Below, piece after piece: positions 1 through 10,426 of a DNA stretch of 64,000 nucleotides. Location: positions 234,863 through 298,862 of the forward strand of contig CAXRGQ010000007.1 of NCBI GenBank assembly GCA_964230215.1, given 5' to 3'. Position 1 is the first letter of the stretch. Each line of letters opens with the position of its first letter. This DNA comes from Flavobacteriales bacterium (GTDB lineage: Bacteria > Bacteroidota > Bacteroidia > Flavobacteriales_D > JAUILH01). The notes beneath the pieces are model-generated. The model was not told the DNA's origin. It searched no databases and was given only the letters and a program-made list of their open reading frames with translations. The position numbers and the translations under genes were made by a program.

Positions 1-2
1 AA

Positions 3-575
3 GGTGCCATTGAAAAATATATTAGCGCCCATCCCGAATTGAACATGCGACTCTTTAATCAAGAGGTAAATAAGGGCAAGGGAGCTGCTTTGCACAAAGG
101 AATTGAATTAGCTACAGGCGAATATCTTATCATCCAAGACGCCGATTTAGAATACGATCCAGAGGAGTACAATATCTTGTTAAAGCCGATTGTTACTGGT
201 TTTGCTGATGTGGTATATGGTTCTAGGTTTATGGGAGGTAATCCTCACCGCATTTTGTTTTACTGGCACTCGAGGGGGAACAAGTTCCTAACGAATCTAT
301 CTAACATGTTTACCAATCTTAATTTGACGGATATGGAAACGTGCTACAAGATGATTAACACAAAAATTGCACAAAGCCTAAACCTAAAAGAAAAGCGCTT
401 TGGTTTTGAACCAGAAATCACGGCGAAACTATCACGTGTCCCTAATATTCGCATATATGAAGTGGGTATATCATACTATGGCCGCACCTATGAAGAAGGT
501 AAAAAGATAGGGTGGCGAGACGGATTTAGAGCAATTTATTGTATTATTAAGTACAATATTTTCTCACGCAAATAA
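3..575 (+). CDS. Glycosyltransferase family 2 (DPM1-like), 5'-truncated by window edge
   Basis: Frame is open from the window start; [34 protein letters not shown] and RFGFEPE motifs. Confidence 0.9.
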   Translation, partial: GAIEKYISAHPELNMRLFNQEVNKGKGAALHKGIELATGEYLIIQDADLEYDPEEYNILLKPIVTGFADVVYGSRFMGGNPHRILFYWHSRGNKFLTNLSNMFTNLNLTDMETCYKMINTKIAQSLNLKEKRFGFEPEITAKLSRVPNIRIYEVGISYYGRTYEEGKKIGWRDGFRAIYCIIKYNIFSRK

Positions 576-586
576 GCACCAAACAA

Positions 587-2317
587 TTGAAAAATATACG
601 AATATCGATATCGACTGCAACTATCGTAGTACTATCGCTATTTCTTACTTACAAATTGTATCAATTTGTCCCTTGGAAAAAAGACAGGGTGTTTATTCAC
701 GATATTCAGAATTACTATTCGTACTTACCTGCCTTGTTTATCTATGATGATTTAACATTTAAATACGGCAACGACTTAAATAAAAAGTATCCTACTGTCC
801 ATGTATGGGCAGAAACTGCACCGAATGGTGAACCTGTGCAAAAAATGACCTGCGGAACAGCAATCATGTACTTTCCTTTTTTTATTAGTGCACATGGTAT
901 TGCAAGTGTTTCGGACAAATATGATGCAGATGGTTATTCAAGAATTTACGCCAATTTCATCAGTCTTAGTGCCCTGATATATGCCATTTTAAGCATGGTA
1001 TTCCTTAAGAGAGTGCTTAAACGATATTTCTCTGACATGGTGGTGGCACTGGTAATTGCAAGTATCTATTTAGGAAGCAACTTGTACTATTATATCATTC
1101 ATGAAGGGCCAATGAGCCATATATATTCCTTCTTTTTAATGACCGTCTTCATTGACACCATTCTGCGTTGGTATGATGCCCCAAAGCTAAAAAAAGCAGC
1201 CCTAGCCGGATTTGTATTTGGTCTAATATGTTTGATACGTCCTACTAACATTTTAATCATTCTGTTTCCATTGTTATACGGTCTTACAACAATTGAAAAC
1301 ATAAAGAATCGTGTGAACCTTTTTGTGAAAAACTGGGCACATTTACTCGTGTTTGGATTGATGTGTTTCATCGTTGGCAGTATCCAAATGAAGTATTGGC
1401 ATATGCAAACAGGCGATTGGATATATTACAGTTATAATGACGAATCATTCTATTTCGGATCGCCCCATATTATAGACGGTCTTTTTAGTTATAGAAAAGG
1501 CTTCTTTGTGTACGCCCCGTTGATGCTTCTTGGGTTTGTTGGTCTTCTATTTATGCGTGATAAAAGCAAACACTTCTATCCTTTTATGGTGCCATTTGTA
1601 GCATTGTATATTTGGGTATGTTGCAGTTGGTGGTGTTGGTGGTACGGAGGTAGTTTTGGGAATCGTTCTTTACTAGAGATGATGGTAGTTTGGGCCATAC
1701 CAATTGGTGCTCTGTATGAAGGGCTTATTAGATGGAAAAAATGGACAGGGTTTATACTTGTACCTATCGTGATTTTCTTTGCCTATCTATCCATATTTCA
1801 AAGCTATCAATACAGAGAGGGCTTTATACACTATGATAGTATGACAAAGGCTGCCTACTGGAAACAGTTTATGGAAGATGAAATTAAGCCTGGTTATTAC
1901 GACATCCTACAAGAGCCAAATTACTACAACGCTAAGATGGGTAACGAAGAGTTTTTCAACTGGAGTAAACTTCAGGCTGATTCGCCTTATTCGGATGAAG
2001 CACGAATTTCAACAGATAGTCTCGCTAAGAACGACACTATAACTGTTACGCTCGATATCCATGGTCACTTAAAAGTACCTGATCAAACCTTATCGTTGGT
2101 TATTCATTGCCATGACGAAGAGAAAAACTACTTCTATCATGAGAAAATCATGGACTTTAATCTCTTGCCCACTATGCATGAAAACCACGTAGTTTATAGT
2201 GTCGCCATTCCTGAATTACCACAAGGTCAGATGTTAAAGTCATATTTGTGGTATAAGGGAAAAGGGACATGCTATTACAGAGCTATCAATATGAAGAAGC
2301 AAGCTATTAAGTTATAG
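587..2317 (+). CDS. Polytopic membrane protein, probable GT-C glycosyltransferase
   Basis: Many TM segments, D..YYSYLPA N-terminal loop, RPTN and WWYGGSFGNR motifs; follows a GT2 gene; TTG start. Confidence 0.65.
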   Translation: MKNIRISISTATIVVLSLFLTYKLYQFVPWKKDRVFIHDIQNYYSYLPALFIYDDLTFKYGNDLNKKYPTVHVWAETAPNGEPVQKMTCGTAIMYFPFFISAHGIASVSDKYDADGYSRIYANFISLSALIYAILSMVFLKRVLKRYFSDMVVALVIASIYLGSNLYYYIIHEGPMSHIYSFFLMTVFIDTILRWYDAPKLKKAALAGFVFGLICLIRPTNILIILFPLLYGLTTIENIKNRVNLFVKNWAHLLVFGLMCFIVGSIQMKYWHMQTGDWIYYSYNDESFYFGSPHIIDGLFSYRKGFFVYAPLMLLGFVGLLFMRDKSKHFYPFMVPFVALYIWVCCSWWCWWYGGSFGNRSLLEMMVVWAIPIGALYEGLIRWKKWTGFILVPIVIFFAYLSIFQSYQYREGFIHYDSMTKAAYWKQFMEDEIKPGYYDILQEPNYYNAKMGNEEFFNWSKLQADSPYSDEARISTDSLAKNDTITVTLDIHGHLKVPDQTLSLVIHCHDEEKNYFYHEKIMDFNLLPTMHENHVVYSVAIPELPQGQMLKSYLWYKGKGTCYYRAINMKKQAIKL

Positions 2318-2366
2318 AGCATAGAATGTTTTTAATCGCTCACTTCTATTCACACACTTAATTAAG

Positions 2367-4148
2367 CTATTGTAAAACTCCCATCCTTTGCTCAATATCC
2401 TTGAGTTGACCTTTAGGAATTGCGTCAATTAAGGATTTGGTGTACTCGGTTTTTGGGTCGCCATAAATGGCATCTGCAGAGCCCATTTCCTCTATTTTAC
2501 CCTTATTCATAACAATCATTCGATCACTCATAAATTTCACAACAGATAGATCGTGTGAAATAAAAATGTAGGTAAAATTGAATTCGTTTCTAAGTTCATT
2601 CAGCAAGTTTAGTACCTGTGCTTGGACAGACACATCCAATGCAGATACTGACTCATCACAAATAATAAACTGAGGCTTTAATGCTAAGGTCCTTGCAATA
2701 CAAATTCGCTGACGCTGACCTCCAGAAAATTCATGAGGATAACGACCATAATGCTCTGGCTTTAAACCAACCTTTTTAAGCAATTCATATACATGCTCTT
2801 TTCTTTCCTCCTTAGTATTAAAGACATTGTGCACTATCATTGGCTCAATAATCGCTGCGCCTATGGTTTTTCTCGGATTCAACGAAGAGTATGGATCTTG
2901 AAAAACAATCTGCATATCCTCTCTCAACTTTCTCATTTTTGAAGTTGAATAATGTGTAATGTCTTCTCCTTTATAGATAATCTGCCCGCCTGTGGGTTCA
3001 ACCAACTTTAATATGGTTCTTCCTAAGGTTGTTTTACCGCACCCACTTTCGCCTACCAATCCAAGCGTCTCTCCCGGATACACATCAAAACTAACATCAT
3101 CTACGGCCTTAACTACCTTATTAGGTTTCCCCAAAAGAGTTCTTGATGTCACAAAATGCGTTTCTAGATTTCGTACTTGAAGTAATGGCTCCTTTTTGTA
3201 GATCGCATCATGTCTTGTTTGCCTTTCTGCATCCGTTATTACCAGAGATTCCACCATCTCAGTAATTGACTTATGTGTTTCGATGATGTGACCACTTTCG
3301 TCACGTTTCATAAAGTCTGATACCGTAGGCAACCAATGTAATCGTTTATCCAATGGCGGCCTACATGCTAATAGCCCTTTTGTGTATGGATGCTGTGGGT
3401 TTTTAAAAATATCTAAAACCGCCCCTTCCTCTACAACGCGTCCTTTGTACATTACTACTACTCTATCAGCTAACTCAGCAATTACGCCTAAATCATGCGT
3501 GATAAATATGATCCCCATATTGTGCTTCTTTTGCAGGTTTTGCATTAAGTCTAATATGGTTTTTTGAACGGTAACATCAAGTGCGGTTGTTGGCTCATCC
3601 GCAATTAAAACAGATGGATTGCATGACATTGCCATTGCAATCATCACCCTCTGTTTCTGACCACCCGAAATCTCGTGTGGATAGGATTTAAATATTCTAG
3701 CTGGGTCCGGAAGTTGAACTTCTTCAAACAACTCTATAACCCTTTTTTTCGCGTCTTTGTTTGATATCTTTTGATGAAGGCGAATGGCCTCCATCACTTG
3801 ATTTCCGCATGTATACACCGGGTTTAATGATGTCATTGGTTCTTGGAAAATCATGGCGATATCATTGCCTCTATAAGAACGCATCTCTTTCTCGGAAACT
3901 TCCAGTAAGTCTACTGCTTCATCCCCCCCGTGATACATTATTTTACCACTCTTTATATTGCCTGGAGGCGATGGAATAAGTCGCATGCAGGACAGAGATG
4001 TAACGGACTTACCTGAACCCGATTCACCCACTATACCAATCGTCTCGCCTTTATGTAGCTTGATACTGACATTGTTAACGGCTTTAATAATGCCTTCGCC
4101 CGAACGGAATTCGGTCACTAAGTTTTGTATATCTAATAATGTCTCCAT
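2367..4148 (-). CDS. ABC transporter ATP-binding protein with two ATPase domains (dipeptide/oligopeptide type)
   Basis: Two Walker A motifs (GESGSGKS, GESGCGKT) and two SGGQ signatures; ATG at 4148 preferred over the upstream start. Confidence 0.92.
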   Translation of the reverse strand: METLLDIQNLVTEFRSGEGIIKAVNNVSIKLHKGETIGIVGESGSGKSVTSLSCMRLIPSPPGNIKSGKIMYHGGDEAVDLLEVSEKEMRSYRGNDIAMIFQEPMTSLNPVYTCGNQVMEAIRLHQKISNKDAKKRVIELFEEVQLPDPARIFKSYPHEISGGQKQRVMIAMAMSCNPSVLIADEPTTALDVTVQKTILDLMQNLQKKHNMGIIFITHDLGVIAELADRVVVMYKGRVVEEGAVLDIFKNPQHPYTKGLLACRPPLDKRLHWLPTVSDFMKRDESGHIIETHKSITEMVESLVITDAERQTRHDAIYKKEPLLQVRNLETHFVTSRTLLGKPNKVVKAVDDVSFDVYPGETLGLVGESGCGKTTLGRTILKLVEPTGGQIIYKGEDITHYSTSKMRKLREDMQIVFQDPYSSLNPRKTIGAAIIEPMIVHNVFNTKEERKEHVYELLKKVGLKPEHYGRYPHEFSGGQRQRICIARTLALKPQFIICDESVSALDVSVQAQVLNLLNELRNEFNFTYIFISHDLSVVKFMSDRMIVMNKGKIEEMGSADAIYGDPKTEYTKSLIDAIPKGQLKDIEQRMGVLQ

Positions 4149-4205
4149 TACTGCGGCTGCTAAAAGTAGCACGAAATATTGATAAACACAAGTGATATCT
4201 TATGC

Positions 4206-4688
4206 TTACACATGTTGTCTTAAAAGAAGTTCCAATCGTAAACCATGTGCTGACGGAAATACCAGAATCTCGAATAAGGGTCTATCCCGCCATGGTAAAA
4301 TGTAAGTATCAAAGGCATCATCATAAAATGCTTCACTTGCAAACCTAAGAAGATGCTCTCTAACTATAGTCCTATCACCACCTTTTAACTCGATATTTCC
4401 ACTTACTATTCCATACTCATCTGTCTTAAGATGGATGGTAACTGAATCATGCTCCATGCGTAACTCATTTTTACTAGTATCTATAAAATAAATACTTGAA
4501 TCTGGAATCAAATTAGACGGAACACCATAAAAGACGTAGTTGCTATCATTTGATATGAAGGCATTATAAACTTCTTCAGCATTTTCCTTGGTATCTGAAT
4601 TATCAGAAACAACCGAATTTTCAGCTCCACCACAAGACAGAGCAAATCCCGAGACAATTATCAGACTAATATAAATTAATTGCTTCAC
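4206..4688 (-). CDS. Hypothetical lipoprotein
   Basis: Signal peptide with ALSC lipobox; GTG start. Confidence 0.55.
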   Translation of the reverse strand: MKQLIYISLIIVSGFALSCGGAENSVVSDNSDTKENAEEVYNAFISNDSNYVFYGVPSNLIPDSSIYFIDTSKNELRMEHDSVTIHLKTDEYGIVSGNIELKGGDRTIVREHLLRFASEAFYDDAFDTYILPWRDRPLFEILVFPSAHGLRLELLLRQHV

Positions 4689-4744
4689 GAGATCAAATAT
4701 AACGAGTTGAAGAGTATTTGTACATTTGCAAACGATTTTATGCT

Positions 4745-5635
4745 ATGGCTGAACACGAAGAAGACGAAATAAGCAAATCCATCACCAAGGATTTTATAAG
4801 CGTAGAGCGCACTTTTGCCAATAAGAATCCCAAAATGGCAAAGCGGATTCCGCGCTTCATCTTTTCTTATCTCAAGAAGACTATTCATGAAGATGAATTG
4901 AATCGTCTGCTATACACTCACAGGCATAAACGCAACCTAGACTTCCTTCGTGCCATTGTAATGGACGAATGGAATATCAAAATCAAAACAAATAATTTTG
5001 ATTCAGTTGAGCTGGATGGTAGATACATTGTGAGTTCAAATCACCCACTTGGCGGACTTGATGGTATTGCGCTTATACTTGCTCTTAGTGAGAAGCGTAA
5101 GGATATTAAATTTCCAGTAAATGATATTCTTATGAATATTCCGACAATCACGGATCTATTCGTGCCTATCAACAAACACAAGAAAAAGGGGAGTAGAGAA
5201 AATATCGATACCATAAACAAAGCCTTTGAATCTGATGCTATGATGCCCTATTTCCCTGCTGGACTGGTATCTAGAAGGAGACGTTTTAAGCATATCAAGG
5301 ATTTAGAATGGAAAAAGTCCTTTATCATTGGTGCAAGAAACTACAATCGAAAAATTCTACCGGTTCACATAGAAGGTAGAAACTCAAGACGCTTTTATAA
5401 TCTGGCGAATTTCAGAAAATTTGTAGGTATGAAAGCAAACATAGAGATGCTCTACTTAGTGGATGAAATGATGCGTCAAAAAAATGAAACCATCACCATC
5501 AATTTTGGTAATCCCATTGATCCAAGCGTGTTTGATGATAGAAAAACAGACATTGAATGGGCCAACTTAATGAGAGAACATTGCTATATGCTAAAAGACA
5601 ATCCAGAGCTAGACATAGAGTCTATGTTGAAATGA
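4745..5635 (+). CDS. Glycerolipid/lysophospholipid acyltransferase (PlsC-like superfamily)
   Basis: NHPLGGLDG (HX4D) and FPAGLVSR motifs; ATG at 4745. Confidence 0.85.
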   Translation: MAEHEEDEISKSITKDFISVERTFANKNPKMAKRIPRFIFSYLKKTIHEDELNRLLYTHRHKRNLDFLRAIVMDEWNIKIKTNNFDSVELDGRYIVSSNHPLGGLDGIALILALSEKRKDIKFPVNDILMNIPTITDLFVPINKHKKKGSRENIDTINKAFESDAMMPYFPAGLVSRRRRFKHIKDLEWKKSFIIGARNYNRKILPVHIEGRNSRRFYNLANFRKFVGMKANIEMLYLVDEMMRQKNETITINFGNPIDPSVFDDRKTDIEWANLMREHCYMLKDNPELDIESMLK

Positions 5636-6338
5636 TTTGCTCATCGCTAAGCAAAGCCTCTCCCCTGAATTTTTTGAAAAGCTGAATTACAGTAACAACG
5701 TCCTTTTCACAATAGGTAGCGATTCTATCTAAATCATCTTCTTCGTAATACACACGCGCAACATCTGCTCCACTAATGTCATCTTTTGGTGTGGGAATTC
5801 CGAAAATATGTGCGAGCAGATTCAAAGATGTATAGTTCTTATAATCTCCAAACTTCCAAAGTTCCATTGTGTCTAGGTGACTTATCTCCCAAGGTTTCTT
5901 TCCAGCTATATCAAGCAGGGAAGGCAGCTTAAGGCCATTAATTAATAGCCGTCTCGCAATAAATGGAAAATCGAATTCTTTTGCGTTGTGCCCAGCCAAC
6001 ATAAATGATGGATGATTGTAATATGAATTTAGCAGGTCACAGAATTCCTTAAGTAATATTTTCTCGTCATGATTACAAAATGAGCGCATTCTAGCCACTT
6101 CTTCTCCATTTCGTTGTGACACAAAACCAACCGAAATACACACTATTTTTCCAAACTCTGCATATATCCCTGCTCTGTCATAGACATCCTTAGCACCTAA
6201 ATTATCCTTTTGCCAATAGGACGACTTGTGGTCCCAAAGTGCCTGCGTGGTCTCATCAAGCTTATCATAGTCATAGACTGCGGGTACTGTTTCAATATCA
6301 AGGAACAGAATCTTCTCTATGTTAACGTTTTCAAGCAT
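5622..6338 (-). CDS. DnaQ/PolB-like 3'-5' exonuclease
   Basis: Exo motifs FLDIETVP, GHNAKEFDFPF and YCEKDV. Confidence 0.85.
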   Translation of the reverse strand: MLENVNIEKILFLDIETVPAVYDYDKLDETTQALWDHKSSYWQKDNLGAKDVYDRAGIYAEFGKIVCISVGFVSQRNGEEVARMRSFCNHDEKILLKEFCDLLNSYYNHPSFMLAGHNAKEFDFPFIARRLLINGLKLPSLLDIAGKKPWEISHLDTMELWKFGDYKNYTSLNLLAHIFGIPTPKDDISGADVARVYYEEDDLDRIATYCEKDVVTVIQLFKKFRGEALLSDEQIIST

Positions 6339-6748
6339 TATTTAATCATTACTCCAGGTTTCTCAATTAATGGAACGCTCACAAAATTATCTTCCATTAC
6401 GCTCTCAGCCATGAAGATATACTTTTTATCGTGCATTAAATCATCCTTAAAAAAGGAAAGCCAAAATTCATTGTTCAGTCCAAAAACATCTGGCATAATT
6501 GGCTCAATTTTCACAAAAGACTTTGGCTCTATCTCTTTATAAAAATGACGCAAGCTAGATGTTTTAACTTTTTGCCCTGTTTCAGCCACATGACCATACC
6601 CTTTAGATGCCACCAGCGCATTAGTCATGGGTTTATTCATCATATTTACTAAATAAACAAACCATTCAGGATCTCCAATAACTTGCTCCTCTTTCACAAT
6701 AGCCATGGCTACATTCTCTACTTTAGGAATGATAATATCTTTTTTCAT
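6338..6748 (-). CDS. Conserved hypothetical protein
   Basis: Coupled to the exonuclease gene; MKKDI.IP.VE and NNEFWLSF resemble a Bacteroidota family. Confidence 0.65.
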   Translation of the reverse strand: MKKDIIIPKVENVAMAIVKEEQVIGDPEWFVYLVNMMNKPMTNALVASKGYGHVAETGQKVKTSSLRHFYKEIEPKSFVKIEPIMPDVFGLNNEFWLSFFKDDLMHDKKYIFMAESVMEDNFVSVPLIEKPGVMIK

Positions 6749-6759
6749 TACAATTTTTC

Positions 6760-7971
6760 TTATACCTCTGGGGCATCAATCATCTTCAACGCAGCTTCAA
6801 TATACCAATATACATCTTCTGGGTGGTCGGATGGTAACTTTTCACCTCTATTATACCCAGTTCTTACCACAACCAATTCATATTTTGGAATGCAGATAAT
6901 ATACTGTCCTAGGATGCCTCTAGCATAAAACACTGGCAACCCTTTAAATTCAGTAATCCACCATGACAAACCATATTTAGTGTTTTCTGAACCATCTTCA
7001 TTAATCAAATCCGCAGGCGTTATGCTTTGTTTCACCCATGCTTCAGGAATTAATTGCTTACCATGCCAATTACCGTTTTGCAGATATAATTGTCCAATTC
7101 TGGCAAAATCCCTACTCGTTGAATATAGACAACAAAACGCTTTCTCATGTCCGTCGTCATCATCAAGATTCCACAATGCATTAGATGTGCATCCAAGTGG
7201 CCCCCAGAGCTTCTCTTCAAGATACTTGGATACCGTCATCCCTGTTGCCTCTTTTAATGCAAATCCCAGCAATTGTGTGTTGCCGCTCATATACTCAAAC
7301 TTCTCACCAGGGTCATACTCTACAGATTGTTTGTTCATTAATTTCTCTAAATCCCATCCGTAATAGGCCTCAGTATTGTCTGAAAATGGCGACGGACTTT
7401 CATCCCAGTTCAGCCCAGACGACATTGTCAATAAATGACGTATCGTTATTTTCTCAAGTCCATCGCTGTTGTACGATTCAACGTACTTACCTATAGGGTC
7501 ATCAATGCTTCCAATTTTACCTTCATCAATAGCAATTCCAACCAGTGCGCTAATAACTGATTTTGCAACACTAAAGGAATTACTTAAACTATCCATGTTT
7601 TGTTCATTGTACTCTTCCCAATAACGTTCAAAAAACAAACTATCATTTTTAATAACAAGGAATGATTCTGTTTCGATGGAGTTAAAGCGTTCAACATCTA
7701 ATTTATCAAGTGTATTAAGTGCGAAATCTTGGTGTGTCTTCCATTCGGTAGGGTTGGTCGCAACTATTACACGATTTTCAAAAATTGCTTGCTCATGTAT
7801 GTCTGGCATTAGACGGCCTTGAAAGATGGTATTAGCAATGGCCCGATAAATGTGAAACTTACCTGAAATTATGATTATCAAGTTGATGGAAACGATGATG
7901 GTAAGCATGCTCCATCCGAAAATTTTAAAAACTCTCCTCCAGTTGATCTTTTTAAATTTTCCTGTAACCAT
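6760..7971 (-). CDS. Serine hydrolase, beta-lactamase-related family
   Basis: SxxK (SVAKS), LLTMSSGL and F.YMSG motifs; N-terminal membrane anchor. Confidence 0.85.
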   Translation of the reverse strand: MVTGKFKKINWRRVFKIFGWSMLTIIVSINLIIIISGKFHIYRAIANTIFQGRLMPDIHEQAIFENRVIVATNPTEWKTHQDFALNTLDKLDVERFNSIETESFLVIKNDSLFFERYWEEYNEQNMDSLSNSFSVAKSVISALVGIAIDEGKIGSIDDPIGKYVESYNSDGLEKITIRHLLTMSSGLNWDESPSPFSDNTEAYYGWDLEKLMNKQSVEYDPGEKFEYMSGNTQLLGFALKEATGMTVSKYLEEKLWGPLGCTSNALWNLDDDDGHEKAFCCLYSTSRDFARIGQLYLQNGNWHGKQLIPEAWVKQSITPADLINEDGSENTKYGLSWWITEFKGLPVFYARGILGQYIICIPKYELVVVRTGYNRGEKLPSDHPEDVYWYIEAALKMIDAPEV

Positions 7972-8019
7972 ATACTTGTCTAACGTAAGAAATATAAGAT
8001 TTGTTCTGAGTTTAAGCCA

Positions 8020-8718
8020 TTAATATTCAATAGAAAACTCGAATTGACTTTGTAGATGATGTAACAGCTTTTTCTTAACATCCTCCATTCGTACTTTTTC
8101 ACCAATTTCCTTTTCAATACTTGTAACCGCTTTGTCAGTAATTCCACAGGGTACAATGTGATTAAAATAGGACATATCTGTATTAACATTAAAACCAATG
8201 CCGTGCATGGTCACCCATCTACTGCACTTAACTCCCATAGCGCATATTTTTCTCGCGTTTGAAGAGTTTACATCCAACCATACGCCGGTTTCTCCAGAGG
8301 ATCTTTCTCCTTTTAAACCATACTCAGCAATGGTCAATATAACAGCCTCTTCTAGCAAACGAAGGTATTTATGAATATCTGTAAAAAAGAAGTCCAAATC
8401 CAATATAGGATAAGCCACCAACTGACCTGGGCCATGATAAGTAATGTCTCCACCCCTATTTATTTTGTAATAGGTAGCGTCAATAGATTTTAGAAATGTG
8501 TCGTTTACAAGCAAGTGGTTTTCTGAGCCACTCTTTCCAAGTGTATATACATGTGGATGTTCACAAAACAAAAGATGATGGGAGGTAGCAGCTGGTTCTT
8601 GATTTGCCTTTCTCGCCTCAATCTTCAACTCAACATTCTTCTGAAACAATTCAGTCTGATAATCCCAAGCCTTTTTGTAATCTATAAGACCAAGATCTTG
8701 AAAGTGAACTTTTTGCAT
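8020..8718 (-). CDS. lipB: Lipoyl(octanoyl) transferase
   Basis: EHPHVYTLG, RGGDITYHGPGQL, KICAMG, HGIGFNV and IVPCG motifs. Confidence 0.96.
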   Translation of the reverse strand: MQKVHFQDLGLIDYKKAWDYQTELFQKNVELKIEARKANQEPAATSHHLLFCEHPHVYTLGKSGSENHLLVNDTFLKSIDATYYKINRGGDITYHGPGQLVAYPILDLDFFFTDIHKYLRLLEEAVILTIAEYGLKGERSSGETGVWLDVNSSNARKICAMGVKCSRWVTMHGIGFNVNTDMSYFNHIVPCGITDKAVTSIEKEIGEKVRMEDVKKKLLHHLQSQFEFSIEY

Positions 8719-9704
8719 TATACTTTGGCCAGTTCTCCTTTTAAATAATTAATTACGTCTATCTCAATAGAATCTACGCCATTCATTTCTGACAAATACC
8801 AAGAGGTCCAATCACCTACTAAAATGAGGTAAATACTTCTTTGTAGCTTAGTTCGGCCTTTTGCCTCAACCGTGTAGGTCGCAGATTTTTTGTCAATAAT
8901 CTCTTTACACAATTTCATGCGAACAGCAGTGCGAGGGTGCTCGTCCTCAGCTCTTAACATAACTACTCTATGCTCAGATTTACCACCTCCCCAGCCAACT
9001 AACTCATTATGGTTCATCTCGGGTAATACGTGATGCCAGCATAAATATTTAGCATTTTCGTTTAGCTGTTGTCTCATTCTAATTGCAACTCCTTCGTAGC
9101 TTGATTCTGCATACAAAACACCCGTACCTTCAAATAAATGACCACTAATTTCTTTTGCCTGCTCTTTGATGGTATCAAGGTTAGCAAGAATTAGATCAAC
9201 CGACTCAGATAGCTCTGATAAATAGTCTGTGCTTGTTAGCTTATAATGTCTTAAATAATTGAATTGTTGCACTAACGAGTATGCGAGACATGCTCTTGGA
9301 GGATGTCCTCCTGGAACAACAGTTACATTGTAGCTATGCTTTTGCGCAAGCTCTAAAACCTGACCTCCAGATGTAATACAAGCAATTTCAGCTCCTAATT
9401 CGATTGCAGCCTTCATTGCAGTTAAGGTTTCTTCAGTATTGCCGCTATATGATGAAACAATAACAAGTGTGTTATTTCCGACACAATTCGGAAGTCTATA
9501 GTCGTTACAAATTGTGACAGGTACTTTAATCTCGTATCTGCATATATCGTAAACTATCTTACCACCTATACCGGATCCTCCCAATCCGCAAATCACTAGA
9601 TTATCGATCTTTCTATCACAAGCTTTCAGAGTGGTCGCATCCGCAATCTTTAGCCCCGCTTTAATTTGCTCTGGAAACTGAACAATGTAGTCCATCATAT
9701 TCAT
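8718..9704 (-). CDS. Bifunctional phosphoglucose/phosphomannose isomerase (SIS domains)
   Basis: GLGGSGIG, SYSGNTEET, QLNENAK and PEMNHNE motifs. Confidence 0.9.
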   Translation of the reverse strand: MNMMDYIVQFPEQIKAGLKIADATTLKACDRKIDNLVICGLGGSGIGGKIVYDICRYEIKVPVTICNDYRLPNCVGNNTLVIVSSYSGNTEETLTAMKAAIELGAEIACITSGGQVLELAQKHSYNVTVVPGGHPPRACLAYSLVQQFNYLRHYKLTSTDYLSELSESVDLILANLDTIKEQAKEISGHLFEGTGVLYAESSYEGVAIRMRQQLNENAKYLCWHHVLPEMNHNELVGWGGGKSEHRVVMLRAEDEHPRTAVRMKLCKEIIDKKSATYTVEAKGRTKLQRSIYLILVGDWTSWYLSEMNGVDSIEIDVINYLKGELAKV

Positions 9705-9841
9705 AGGGCTAAGTTAACGAAATTGCGCGTTTCAGGTTTCAATTTCGTACTGGAAAAGCTTATTTTCTGAGAAAAATTGAAAGTTTTTGTGGAATCAAGC
9801 ATTTCATTGCATCTTTACTATGCGATCAGAATAAACACGCA

Positions 9842-10426
9842 TTGGAGAATTATGAAAAAATAAACGATGAAGCTTTAATCTTGTTATACAAGAAGAACAA
9901 TGACAAAGCTATAATTGGAGTGCTTTATAAGCGTTACGGTCATATTGTATATGGAGTGTGCCTTAAGTACCTAAAGAATATCAGCGAGAGCCAAGATATG
10001 ACTATGCAGATATTTGAAAAGCTTATGGATAAACTACTCGACAAGAATGTCCTCAACTTTAGACCGTGGTTACATGTTGTTTGCCGTAATGAATGTTTAA
10101 TGTTTCTTAGAAAACATGGGCGTGTGTTTGAAAAATCTTTGGAAGACTCTGCAGAACTCATTCACGACGAAACAGCATTGCAAGAGAAACAAATAGAAGA
10201 AGCCCAATTAAAGCAGCTAGAAAGCGCAATTTCAGAACTAAAACCTGAGCAAAGTGCGTGCATTGAATTGTTCTATTTAAAAGAAAAATGTTACCAGGAT
10301 ATATCCAATGAGACTGGGTTTACATTAAAACAGGTTAAAAGCTACATCCAAAATGGCAAACGAAATCTCAAGAACATCCTACTTCAAAAGAACGAGTTTG
10401 CTATCGATAATACTACTAGATCATGA
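9842..10426 (+). CDS. ECF RNA polymerase sigma factor
   Basis: Region 2 (LYKRY...F.PWL..V.RN) and region 4 (YQDIS...VKSYIQNGKRNL); TTG start. Confidence 0.9.
   Translation: MENYEKINDEALILLYKKNNDKAIIGVLYKRYGHIVYGVCLKYLKNISESQDMTMQIFEKLMDKLLDKNVLNFRPWLHVVCRNECLMFLRKHGRVFEKSLEDSAELIHDETALQEKQIEEAQLKQLESAISELKPEQSACIELFYLKEKCYQDISNETGFTLKQVKSYIQNGKRNLKNILLQKNEFAIDNTTRS

Noticed and set aside
8718-9704. Archaeal-type PGI/PMI as a recent horizontal transfer
   Set aside because: The family is known in bacteria; the gene is coupled to lipB and has no mobility signatures
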